Assembly: GCA_029565675.1 (NCBI GenBank)
Contig: JAKQNP010000036.1
Span: forward strand, 1,449-65,448
Source of the DNA: a bacterium
Lineage (GTDB): Bacteria; Zhuqueibacterota; Zhuqueibacteria; Residuimicrobiales; Oceaniaggregativiventaceae
Length of the DNA stretch: 64,000 nt
Direction: 5' to 3'
This document shows positions 36,733-45,707 of this stretch, in pieces; within the stretch, counting starts at the first letter, position 1; each line of letters opens with the position of its first letter. The notes under the pieces were generated by a model. It did not search any database. It had not been told where the DNA came from and saw nothing but the letters and a program-made list of their open reading frames with translations. Made by a program: the position numbers and the translations under genes.

Positions 36733-38762
36733 AAAAAGTCGTCTGGACAATCGAAGAACGCTGCAAGCAGTGTTATACCTGCATCCGTGAATGTCCAGCC
36801 AAAGCCATCAAAGTTGAAAAAGGACAGGCCGAAGTCATCGAAGAGCGGTGCATCGGTTGTGGTCATTGCGTCCGCGTTTGCACGCAAAAAGCCAAGGCGG
36901 TGCTGAACAGCGTGCAGGCGACGCTGGTCTTTTTGACCCAAGAAAAACCGGTTGCGGCGCTTTTGGCGCCGTCTTTTCCGGCGGCTTATTCCCACATCGA
37001 TCCCGAAAAAATCGTGGGTGCTTTGCGGGAATGCGGATTTAAAGTGGTCATCGAAGTGGCCTTCGGCGCCGATCTGATCAATCAGGAAATCGCCAAACTG
37101 GCCAAAACCAGCACACAGCATCAGTGGCAGGGAACCAAAAGACCGATTATCGCCTCTTCATGCCCGGCGGTGGTCAATTACATCGAAAAGTATGTACCGG
37201 ACCTCATCGACAATATCATGCCGACTGTTTCTCCGATGGTTGCGGCCGGCAGGGCGGTGAGGAGGATCTATGGCAGCGACATGCGCCTGGTTTTTATCGG
37301 ACCCTGCGTTGCTAAAAAAATGGAAATCCAGAACAGCGAGGTGAGCGATGCCGTCGATGAAGTGCTCACTTTCCAGGAGATGGAACAGCTGTTCAACGAT
37401 CTGCATGTGAATCCAGAAGAGGCGATGCCGTCCTGGTTCGATCCTCCGCACCCCTTTCTTGGCCGGATTTATCCGATCAGCGGCGGATTGATCCGCAGTT
37501 CCGGATTGCCTTATGATCTGATGGACAACGAGATCATTATGGCGGAAGGCAAACAACATGTTCTCAATGTCCTTGAATGCGTGCAGAACGGCGAAATTAA
37601 AGCGCAAGTGGTGGACCTGCTCTTTTGTGAAGGGTGCATAAACGGTCCGTTTATCGATCAGAACACCAATTATTTCACCCGCAAACAAAAAATCGTTGAA
37701 TATGCCGAGACCCGTCGTGAACGCAGCAACTATGCCGAGTGGGCGCAATATCTGGAGCGCTGCAAATCGATTAAAATAGATCGCAGTTACCATCGCCAAG
37801 AGATTCATAGCGTTCGCGTGCCGGAAGGCAAGATCAAAGAGATTTTTGCCCAAATCAACAAATTTTCGAAAGATGATGAGCTCAATTGCGGTGCCTGTGG
37901 CTACACCACCTGCCGCGACTACGCCAGAGCCGTCCATCAAGGTTTGGCCGAACGGGAAATGTGCTTGCCGTTTCTCATCGAAAATTTGAAAAAGACAAAA
38001 TTTGAATTGCAGGATTCATTGCGCGAGTTGGCGGAAACGCAAGAGATGCTCATTCAGCACGAAAAACTCGCATCTGTTGGCCAATTGGCCGCTGGTGTCG
38101 CGCACGAAGTCAATAACCCGCTCGGTTCGATCATGCTTTATGCCCATCTGATTTTGAAAGAATTGGGCGAGCAGAACGAGCACAGCGGCGATTTGAAGTT
38201 TATCATGGAAGAAGCCAAACGCTGCCAAAAAATAGTGGCTGGTTTGTTGAATTTCAGCCGCCAGGGGCAGCTCAATTTGCGCAATCATCGGTTGCAGGAT
38301 ATCGTGAGCAAAATGGTCGAGGTCATCAGCAAACAAACCCTATTCAGGGATATCACCATCAATGTTGACATCGACGAAAATCTCGACGAAATCGAAATCG
38401 ACAGCGATCAGCTCTATCAGGTCTTTCTCAACCTTGCGGTCAATGCAGCAGAGGCCATGCCTGATGGCGGTACGCTGACCATTTCCGCATCGACCGATGA
38501 GAAAAAAGAGAAACTGACCATCCAGATCAGCGACACCGGTGTGGGTATCAAACCAGAGAATTTCAACAAATTGTTCACGCCCTTTTTTACCACGAAACAA
38601 ATTGGCAAGGGGACTGGTTTGGGCCTGGCAATCGTCTATGGCATCATCAAAATGCACCGCGGCAATGTCGTGGTCAAAAGCGAAGTGAACAAGGGAACGA
38701 CATTCACCATCATGTTGCCCCTGCAGACCCATGTGGTCACCAATGAAATCCTGCTGCAATAA
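36729..38762 (+). CDS. Sensory [FeFe]-hydrogenase (group C) fused to a histidine kinase
   Basis: 2x[4Fe-4S], ASSCP, GPCVAKKME, LLFCEGCINGP, LNCGACGYTTC..C, then AAGVAHEVNNPL H-box and NLAVNA/DTGVG/PFFTTK/GTGLGL; ATGA overlap with hydA. Confidence 0.92.
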   Translation: MKKVVWTIEERCKQCYTCIRECPAKAIKVEKGQAEVIEERCIGCGHCVRVCTQKAKAVLNSVQATLVFLTQEKPVAALLAPSFPAAYSHIDPEKIVGALRECGFKVVIEVAFGADLINQEIAKLAKTSTQHQWQGTKRPIIASSCPAVVNYIEKYVPDLIDNIMPTVSPMVAAGRAVRRIYGSDMRLVFIGPCVAKKMEIQNSEVSDAVDEVLTFQEMEQLFNDLHVNPEEAMPSWFDPPHPFLGRIYPISGGLIRSSGLPYDLMDNEIIMAEGKQHVLNVLECVQNGEIKAQVVDLLFCEGCINGPFIDQNTNYFTRKQKIVEYAETRRERSNYAEWAQYLERCKSIKIDRSYHRQEIHSVRVPEGKIKEIFAQINKFSKDDELNCGACGYTTCRDYARAVHQGLAEREMCLPFLIENLKKTKFELQDSLRELAETQEMLIQHEKLASVGQLAAGVAHEVNNPLGSIMLYAHLILKELGEQNEHSGDLKFIMEEAKRCQKIVAGLLNFSRQGQLNLRNHRLQDIVSKMVEVISKQTLFRDITINVDIDENLDEIEIDSDQLYQVFLNLAVNAAEAMPDGGTLTISASTDEKKEKLTIQISDTGVGIKPENFNKLFTPFFTTKQIGKGTGLGLAIVYGIIKMHRGNVVVKSEVNKGTTFTIMLPLQTHVVTNEILLQ

Positions 38763-38788
38763 CTGCAATCCCTTGAAAGGAATCCTTG

Positions 38789-39187
38789 ATGGCGCAAAAA
38801 ATACTCATCATTGACGACGATTTCGATCTGGTTGAAATCAATAAGGCTTTTTTACAAAAAGCGGGATTTCAGGTCGACTGTGCGTACAATGGCCAAGAGG
38901 GATTACAAAAAATCCGCACTTTTGCGCCTCATCTGATCATCCTCGATGTGATGATGACTTCGGTAGGCGAGGGATTTGAGGTCGCTCGTAAAATCAGAAT
39001 GGACAAAGAGATGGGCAAGATACCGATCCTGATGCTCTCGTCGGTGAACAGAGAAGTGGGATTTCGCCTTCGCATCGGCCCGGATGAAGATTGGAATCCT
39101 GTCAATGCATTTATCGATAAACCAGTCGATTATGACAAATTGATCAACAAGGTAACGGAAATCTTGAATAGCCAGAAAGAGAGTTAA
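38789..39187 (+). CDS. Single-domain response regulator
   Basis: IIDDD, ILDVMM, MLSS, DKP. Confidence 0.92.
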   Translation: MAQKILIIDDDFDLVEINKAFLQKAGFQVDCAYNGQEGLQKIRTFAPHLIILDVMMTSVGEGFEVARKIRMDKEMGKIPILMLSSVNREVGFRLRIGPDEDWNPVNAFIDKPVDYDKLINKVTEILNSQKES

Positions 39188-39193
39188 AACATC

Positions 39194-39592
39194 ATGAAAC
39201 ACAAAATATTGCTCGTCGACGATGATGTCGATTTGATCAATCTCTACCAGCCGATCTTGCAGAACGCAGGATTTGAGGTTGAGGTTGCCTTCAACGCCGA
39301 AGAGGGAATCCAGAAATTCAGCCAATTCAAACCAGAAGCCATGCTCGTCGACCTAGCCATGGAACATTTTGATTCCGGCTTTGTTTTGTGCAAGAAAATC
39401 AAAAGCTTGCCAGAAGGCAAGAACATTCCGGTCGTGATCATGACGGCTGCTGCGCATGAGACCGGTATCCGCTTTTCCACTCAGACTGAAGAGGAAAAGA
39501 ATTGGATCAAGGCCGATGATTATCTGGACAAGCCCATCTCTGCGCGCGATTTGCTGCAATATGTGACTGAAAAATTGTTCAAAAATCGATGA
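39194..39592 (+). CDS. Single-domain response regulator
   Basis: LVDDD, LVDLAM, IMTA, DKP. Confidence 0.92.
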   Translation: MKHKILLVDDDVDLINLYQPILQNAGFEVEVAFNAEEGIQKFSQFKPEAMLVDLAMEHFDSGFVLCKKIKSLPEGKNIPVVIMTAAAHETGIRFSTQTEEEKNWIKADDYLDKPISARDLLQYVTEKLFKNR

Positions 39593-41070
39593 GAATCGAC
39601 AAGGCCAAAATTCTTGTTGTCGACGATGAAATGGGAATGCGCGAAGGTATCAAGCGCCTTTTAGAGATCGAAAACCATCAAGTCGATACCGCGGAAACCG
39701 GTGCCCAGGGCATTTCACTGGGCACGGCATTTGAATACGATCTCTATCTTTTGGATTTGAAAATTGGCGATTGCGACGGTACCGAGGTTTTGCGCCAGAT
39801 CAAGGCTCGCTATCCCGAAGCGATTTGCGTCATTGTCACTGCCTATGCCTCTATCGATACGGCGGTTGAGACCACGCGCTTGGGTGCTTATCACTATATC
39901 GCCAAACCGTTTTCACCAGAAGAGCTCTATCACCTGGTCGGCCGGGCGTTGGAGCGACGCTGGTATATTCTGGAAGCACGGCGATTGCGCGAAGAACAAG
40001 AGCGACGGCTCATGGAAGTGGCGCACGAAAAATCGCGTATCCGCACCATCATCAACACGATCGACGACGGAATTGTGGTCGTCAATCAAGAAAAACAAAT
40101 CGTTCTCTGGAATCCGCGCTTTGTGAAATTGCTGGAAATCGACCGTAAAATCAATGTCGGCGATCTTGTTTTTGACATCCTGCCCGAAAACCTGCACGAA
40201 CAATTCAATCAAATGTTTGCCGGGCAAACGGAATTAAAAGCGATCAAACAAGAGGTCGTAATTCATGCGCCGGCCAAACTGGTGATCATGGTGAACACCA
40301 CGCCGATCATCAACACGTCCGGCGAAATGCTGGGTGTGGTTTCGGTTCTACGCGATATATCAGAACTGAAGCAACTCGATCTGCTCAAATCACAATTCAT
40401 CAACATGGCCGCACATGAACTCAAAGCTCCTTTGAGCGCCATCAAAGGCTACGTCGAGCTCTTGATCGATCGGACCCTCGGCGAAACCCTCGAAAGCTAT
40501 AAACAACAGCTCGATCGCTCGCGCGAACGCATCGATGCGCTTGTCAGTTTGATCAATGATTTGCTCAACATTTCGCGCATGGAAGCCGGAACGATCCGCC
40601 GGGATATCGAGCCGATCGATTTGAGCAACCTGTTGACCCATACTGTGGAGTTTTTCCACACCGATATGGACAAACGATCCCTGACTCTCGATTCATCTAT
40701 CGAACCAAATCTGGTTATGGATGCGGATCGCGAAGAGATCCAACGCGTTTTTACCAATCTCATCTCCAATGCCATCAAATACAACAAAGAAAACGGCAAA
40801 ATTACGGTCAACGCACAGCGTGATAATGGGTATATCCGGGTGCAAATCGCCGATACCGGCATCGGGCTTAAACCGGAAGAAAAAGAACACCTATTTGAAG
40901 AATTCTTCCGCGCCAAAAATCCGCTGACCCGCAACATCACCGGCACGGGTCTGGGATTGACCATTTTGAAAAAAATCGTCGATTCTTACGCCGGACGGAT
41001 CGAGGTTGAAAGCGAATTCGAATCCGGTTCAACTTTTACAGTTATTTTGCCGACAAACCAAATTAATTAA
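39589..41070 (+). CDS. Hybrid REC-PAS-HisKA-HATPase sensor kinase
   Basis: N-terminal REC (VVDDE, LLDLK, AKPF), PAS (IDDGIVVVN..WNP..LRDIS), AAHELKAPL, NLISNAIKY, DTGIG, GTGLGL. Confidence 0.93.
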   Translation: MRIDKAKILVVDDEMGMREGIKRLLEIENHQVDTAETGAQGISLGTAFEYDLYLLDLKIGDCDGTEVLRQIKARYPEAICVIVTAYASIDTAVETTRLGAYHYIAKPFSPEELYHLVGRALERRWYILEARRLREEQERRLMEVAHEKSRIRTIINTIDDGIVVVNQEKQIVLWNPRFVKLLEIDRKINVGDLVFDILPENLHEQFNQMFAGQTELKAIKQEVVIHAPAKLVIMVNTTPIINTSGEMLGVVSVLRDISELKQLDLLKSQFINMAAHELKAPLSAIKGYVELLIDRTLGETLESYKQQLDRSRERIDALVSLINDLLNISRMEAGTIRRDIEPIDLSNLLTHTVEFFHTDMDKRSLTLDSSIEPNLVMDADREEIQRVFTNLISNAIKYNKENGKITVNAQRDNGYIRVQIADTGIGLKPEEKEHLFEEFFRAKNPLTRNITGTGLGLTILKKIVDSYAGRIEVESEFESGSTFTVILPTNQIN

Positions 41071-41165
41071 ATCGATTCGCTTCAAGCGCTTCTCCTCTGA
41101 CACTGCCGCTCACTCGGAAAATACCTTGATTTTTAAGTTAAAAACCCTTAATTATATAGTTATTT

Positions 41166-41196
41166 TCACTGCTGTCCGGTTACCGGACAGCAGTGA
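41166..41196. repeat. Perfect 15-bp-arm palindrome
   Basis: TCACTGCTGTCCGGT-T-ACCGGACAGCAGTGA. Confidence 0.75.
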
Positions 41197-41430
41197 GTTG
41201 TTTTATCGCGCGTGCCTGGATTCGGTGTAATTGGATTTGCTGTTCACACAGAATTTGCGGTTTCCCCCAGATTTTGCGTGATCCTGACCGGTTCTGGTTT
41301 CGGGGAGCAAGAATCAGAATAATCCAGCCCATCAGAAGATATTTTTGCAGTGATCGAGTCGACCGATGTGGGTAAAGATAAGGACTGTTGTCGGTGAACC
41401 CAGGTCGAGTGGGTCAAAAGAGGAGAGGGT

Positions 41431-41775
41431 ATGCGCCTGCTGCAAATCCTACAAAATGCCGGTTTATCGTTATTGACGCAGCCGTTTTCTGGAGATCCTG
41501 ACGTCACTCTGGGGTGCTGTTCGGATGTACTCAGCGATGTGATGGCTCGTGCAGAAAAAGGCAGTTTATGGATTACCCATCAGACCAACGAGAATGTGTT
41601 GGCGATCGCCTTTTTTAAAGAATTGGCTGGTGTGGTTTTTCCAGATCGTTTGCAGCCCACTCCAGACATCATCGCCAAGGCAAATGAAAAAAAGATCGTT
41701 TTGCTCTCCAGCACAGAACCTGCTTTCCAAATTGCCGGGCTCTTGTATGCGCAAGGCCTGCGAGGAAAAAAATAG
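41431..41775 (+). CDS. DRTGG-domain protein
   Basis: CSDVLSDVMA, LWITHQTNENVLAIA pattern; GAGGAG RBS. Confidence 0.8.
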   Translation: MRLLQILQNAGLSLLTQPFSGDPDVTLGCCSDVLSDVMARAEKGSLWITHQTNENVLAIAFFKELAGVVFPDRLQPTPDIIAKANEKKIVLLSSTEPAFQIAGLLYAQGLRGKK

Positions 41776-42558
41776 ATGCTGAGGTGGTACACAGCTGATT
41801 TGCATGTTCACACTGTCTTGTCTGCCTGTGCCGAACTATCGATGGGACCGAAGGATATCGTCCTTGCCGCAATCGACCATGGCCTTGACCTGATCGCCAT
41901 CACCGATCACAACTCGATTGAAAATGTCCATGCCGTGCTCACGGCTGCCAAAGGAACCACCCTCAGCGTTATCCCGGGGATGGAAGTCTCAACCGCCGAT
42001 AAAATTCATCTGGTCGTTCTGTTTCCAGATCTGACCGCTGCTGCAGAGTTTCAAAATTTTGTCTATTCGCGATTGCCTGTCGGCCACTATGACGAGGAGC
42101 TATACGGACCGCAGATTGTCTGCGATCAACACGATCATATCGTCGACACCAATCACAAAATGCTCATACTCGGCATACAAGCTTCTCTTGATGAAGTCGC
42201 CGACCAGGCAGTTGCCTGCGGCGGATTGATCTATCCCGCTCATATCGATCGTTCAGCTTACAGCATTTTAAACAAATACCCATCGATCCCGGCCGAGCTG
42301 CCGTTTGTCGCAGTGGAACTTTCTGCACATGGCAGTCCTGCACAGATGATTGCTCAACATCCTGAGGTCGCCAACTATCCGATGGTTTTTGCCTCGGATG
42401 CTCACGATATTTCGGCAATCGGCTCTACTGTTACGCATTTCTTGATGAGATCACCCACTTTCTCTGAGATCAAGAAGGCTTTTTATGCTGAACAGGGGCG
42501 CAGGGTTTCGATCGAACCGGTGCGATCACAACAAGCCTTTCATGACCCTGTCCCATGA
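41776..42558 (+). CDS. PHP-domain phosphoesterase
   Basis: DLHVHT, ITDHN, GMEV, PAHIDR, SDAH. Confidence 0.9.
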   Translation: MLRWYTADLHVHTVLSACAELSMGPKDIVLAAIDHGLDLIAITDHNSIENVHAVLTAAKGTTLSVIPGMEVSTADKIHLVVLFPDLTAAAEFQNFVYSRLPVGHYDEELYGPQIVCDQHDHIVDTNHKMLILGIQASLDEVADQAVACGGLIYPAHIDRSAYSILNKYPSIPAELPFVAVELSAHGSPAQMIAQHPEVANYPMVFASDAHDISAIGSTVTHFLMRSPTFSEIKKAFYAEQGRRVSIEPVRSQQAFHDPVP

Positions 42559-42565
42559 GGAAAAC

Positions 42566-43114
42566 GTGCGCGAATTGTCGCTGCATATTTTGGATATTGT
42601 AACCAATGCCATCGAAGCGGAGGCCAACCGCGTCATCATCGGCATCCGCGAATCTCAGGCTGACGATACCTTGATCATCCGGGTGCGCGATAACGGACGC
42701 GGCATGCCTGAAGAGTTGGTCAAAAAGGTGTCCGATCCCTTTGTGACGACGCGAACCACCCGCGCGGTCGGGATGGGAATTTCGCTGGCCAAGCATGCCA
42801 CATTGGCGGCCAAAGGCGCCTTTGATCTCAAATCAACTCTGGGCAAAGGCACGGAGTTGTGGATGCGCTTTCGCCTGAACTGTTTGAACCGGGTGCCGTT
42901 GGGAGACATGGCCGAAACTGTGGTCAATTTGATCATCGGCACTCCTGATTTGCATCTGGCCTATCATCATCGCACCGATAAGGGCGATTTTCTCTTCGAC
43001 TCGTATTGGATTTTGGCACGCATGGCAGAAAACAATTGGACGCTTTATCAAACAATGGCACCCGCATCTGAATATATTCGGCAAAATTTGGTAAAAATCG
43101 ATTCGGTCGGTTGA
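42566..43114 (+). CDS. Stand-alone HATPase_c (GHKL) ATP-binding protein
   Basis: RELSLHILDIVTNAIEA, DNGRGM, DPFVTTR, GMGISL, GKGT; GTG start after GAGG. Confidence 0.85.
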   Translation: MRELSLHILDIVTNAIEAEANRVIIGIRESQADDTLIIRVRDNGRGMPEELVKKVSDPFVTTRTTRAVGMGISLAKHATLAAKGAFDLKSTLGKGTELWMRFRLNCLNRVPLGDMAETVVNLIIGTPDLHLAYHHRTDKGDFLFDSYWILARMAENNWTLYQTMAPASEYIRQNLVKIDSVG

Positions 43115-43213
43115 AAATTTCTCCCAAACGTCAACATTGTTATCTGATACAATCGACGGGGTGATGCCCTGCGGCATAATACCCCAAACTGCGAAACCTC
43201 AGGAGGAAATGAA

Positions 43214-43576
43214 GTGAAAACATTAGCGGATTTGCGCGCGATTAAAGAAAAGGCCAAACAGGAATTAGCCTCCCGTGAACAAACTGCCAAATATCGGTTG
43301 GTGGTTGCCATGGGAACCTGTGGCATTGCTGCTGGAGCGCGAACGGTCATGACCGCCATCATCGATGAGATCAGCAAGCGCGGCATTACCGACACGATCG
43401 TCACGCAAACCGGTTGCCTTGGTTATTGCGATCAAGAGCCCCTGGTGCAAGTGATTCAGCCGGATAAAAGCGTGATCACCTATGGCAAAATCACGCCTGA
43501 ACTCGCCCGGCGGATTGTTGCTGAACATATTGGAAAAGGTAACGTTATCAGCGAACAGGTTTTCATGCAGAGCTAA
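43214..43576 (+). CDS. Thioredoxin-like [2Fe-2S] ferredoxin subunit (HndB/HydD-like)
   Basis: AMGTCGIAAGA, TGCLGYCDQEP; AGGAGG RBS. Confidence 0.9.
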   Translation: MKTLADLRAIKEKAKQELASREQTAKYRLVVAMGTCGIAAGARTVMTAIIDEISKRGITDTIVTQTGCLGYCDQEPLVQVIQPDKSVITYGKITPELARRIVAEHIGKGNVISEQVFMQS

Positions 43577-43606
43577 ACAAGTCGGTATAACTGAAGGAGA
43601 GGAATA

Positions 43607-44083
43607 ATGCCCGATCTGAGCCGTATCGATGAAATTGTCGCGAGCTATCAATCGACCAAAAGTCCATTGATATACATCTTAAAAGATGTGCAAAAAGAGT
43701 TCGGATTTCTTTCCGAATCGGTCTTAACCCAGGTTGCCCGCGTGACACGCATCCCCTTGAGCGATATTTATGGGGTCGCCACCTTTTACAGCTTGTTCAC
43801 CACCAAACCCAAAGGACAGCATATTGTGCGCTGCTGCAACAACGCGCCTTGTTGGGTTAATGGATCCGAAGAAGTGCTGCAAAAAATCAAGGAATATCTG
43901 GAAATCGAGACCGGCGAGACCACTGGGGATGGAACTTTTACGCTTGAATTCACCAGTTGCCTGGGCCTCTGTGCGGTTGCGCCGGTTATGATGATCGATG
44001 ACCAGGTGTTTGGCAATTTGACTCCGGAAAAAGCGGTTGCGATTCTGCGCGATTATAAAACGAAAGGATCGGCAAATGCATAG
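43607..44083 (+). CDS. hydC: NuoE-like [2Fe-2S] subunit of hydrogenase 2
   Basis: VATFYS, CNNAPCWVNG, SCLGLCAVAP. Confidence 0.93.
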   Translation: MPDLSRIDEIVASYQSTKSPLIYILKDVQKEFGFLSESVLTQVARVTRIPLSDIYGVATFYSLFTTKPKGQHIVRCCNNAPCWVNGSEEVLQKIKEYLEIETGETTGDGTFTLEFTSCLGLCAVAPVMMIDDQVFGNLTPEKAVAILRDYKTKGSANA

Positions 44084-45677
44084 GATGCATGTAATTATAG
44101 CAATGGATCCGCATACCATTGCACAAGGTGCGCGATCGATTAAAGATGCGTTGGTCAAAAATCTCGAACTGGCCGGTCTGAGCAACGAAATCAAGGTTGT
44201 CGAAACCGGAAGTTTGGGCATCTACAACAAAGGCGTGGTGCTGGTGGTTTTCCCTGATGGTATCTATTACACCGGTGTTAAAATCGCCGATCTCTCCGAA
44301 ATTATTTCTGAACATCTGGTAAAAGGCCGGGTGGTAGAGCGGCTGCACTATCGCGATATCCCTGAAGAGAGTCGCGCTGAGGAAAAAGCTCCACGTTTCG
44401 GCAAGCAATTGCGCGTGGTTCTGAAGAATGCCGGAATTATTGATCCGGAGAGCATCGAAGAATACATTGCACAGGATGGCTATGAGGCATATGGCAAAGC
44501 GCTGACCGAAATGAAACCTGCCGACGTGCTGCAAACGGTAAAAGATTCAGGCATGTTGGGCCGTGGCGGCGCCTTTTTTCCCACAGGTGTAAAATGGGGA
44601 TTTGCAGCTGCTGAAAAGGCAAAAGAGAAGTATATTATCTGCAACGCAGACGAAGGAGAACCGGGTACATTTAAGGATCGCTTGATTCTCGAAGGCGATC
44701 CGCATGCGGTTCTGGAAGGAATGTGTCTGGCCGGGTATGCGGTTGGTGCGACCATGGGGTATGTTTATATCCGCGGCGAATATTACATGTCGATTGCGCG
44801 CGTTCGGCGCGCCATCGAACAAGCGCGTAAAAACGGACTGCTGGGCAAAAATATTTTCGGCAGCGGCTTTAGCTTTGACATCGAAGTACGAGAGGGCGCG
44901 GGCGCCTATATTTGCGGTGAAGAGACCGCTTTAATCGAATCGATCGAGGGCAAACGCGGCGAACCGCGCGACAAACCGCCTTTTCCGCCATCGGTTGGTC
45001 TTTGGGGCAAACCAACGATCGTCAACAATGTGGAAACTTTGGCGACCGTCCCGCAGATACTGCTCAAAGGAGCGGCGTGGTACAAATCTCTTGGAACTGA
45101 ATCAACCCCGGGAACCAAAGTGTTTACTCTGGTCGGCAACATCAACAATCCGGGCCTGATCGAAGTACCGCTGGGTATCACTCTGCGCGAAATCATCTAT
45201 GATATCGGTCACGGCATTCCCAACGGCCGCGGTTTCAAGCTGGCGCAGTTGGGCGGTACCACAGGCGGCATTCTGACCAGCGAACATCTCGATCTGCCTT
45301 TTGATCTTGTCAATCTTCGATCGATCGATGCCGGTCTGGGTTCGGGGGCATTGCTGGTGGTCGACGATACGCATAATGTCGTCGAACTGGTGCAAAATTT
45401 TGCCGAATTTTTCAATCACGAATCGTGCGGCAAGTGCACCATGTGTCGCGAGGGCACGGGGCGACTCGTCGAACTGCTGCACAAACTCACATCAGGCTGT
45501 GGAGCCGAAAGCGACATCGCTTTGATCGAACGGCTGGCCAGCGCCATGATGAAAAGCGCTTTTTGCGGTTTGGGACAAGCCGCACCGGTGCCGATTCTCG
45601 GTTGCCTTCGCTATTTCCGAGATGAGTTTACCGCTTTGGCACAGCAAAAACGCCAACAGATACCGGCAAACGCTTGA
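44076..45677 (+). CDS. hydB: NuoF-like subunit of hydrogenase 2, non-bifurcating-type signature
   Basis: GRGGAFFPTG, ADEGEPGTFKDR, GAYICGEE, GGTTGG, ESCGKCTMCREG; no C-terminal ferredoxin domain. Confidence 0.93.
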   Translation: MHRMHVIIAMDPHTIAQGARSIKDALVKNLELAGLSNEIKVVETGSLGIYNKGVVLVVFPDGIYYTGVKIADLSEIISEHLVKGRVVERLHYRDIPEESRAEEKAPRFGKQLRVVLKNAGIIDPESIEEYIAQDGYEAYGKALTEMKPADVLQTVKDSGMLGRGGAFFPTGVKWGFAAAEKAKEKYIICNADEGEPGTFKDRLILEGDPHAVLEGMCLAGYAVGATMGYVYIRGEYYMSIARVRRAIEQARKNGLLGKNIFGSGFSFDIEVREGAGAYICGEETALIESIEGKRGEPRDKPPFPPSVGLWGKPTIVNNVETLATVPQILLKGAAWYKSLGTESTPGTKVFTLVGNINNPGLIEVPLGITLREIIYDIGHGIPNGRGFKLAQLGGTTGGILTSEHLDLPFDLVNLRSIDAGLGSGALLVVDDTHNVVELVQNFAEFFNHESCGKCTMCREGTGRLVELLHKLTSGCGAESDIALIERLASAMMKSAFCGLGQAAPVPILGCLRYFRDEFTALAQQKRQQIPANA

Positions 45678-45707
45678 TCTCGCGAATGACCGGAGTCAGT
45701 GACTGTC

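Noticed and set aside
35428-36750. 440-aa antisense ORF opposite hydA-1 (and similar ones opposite pgk, GH31 and asnS)
   Set aside because: Shadow ORFs fully overlapping well-supported genes
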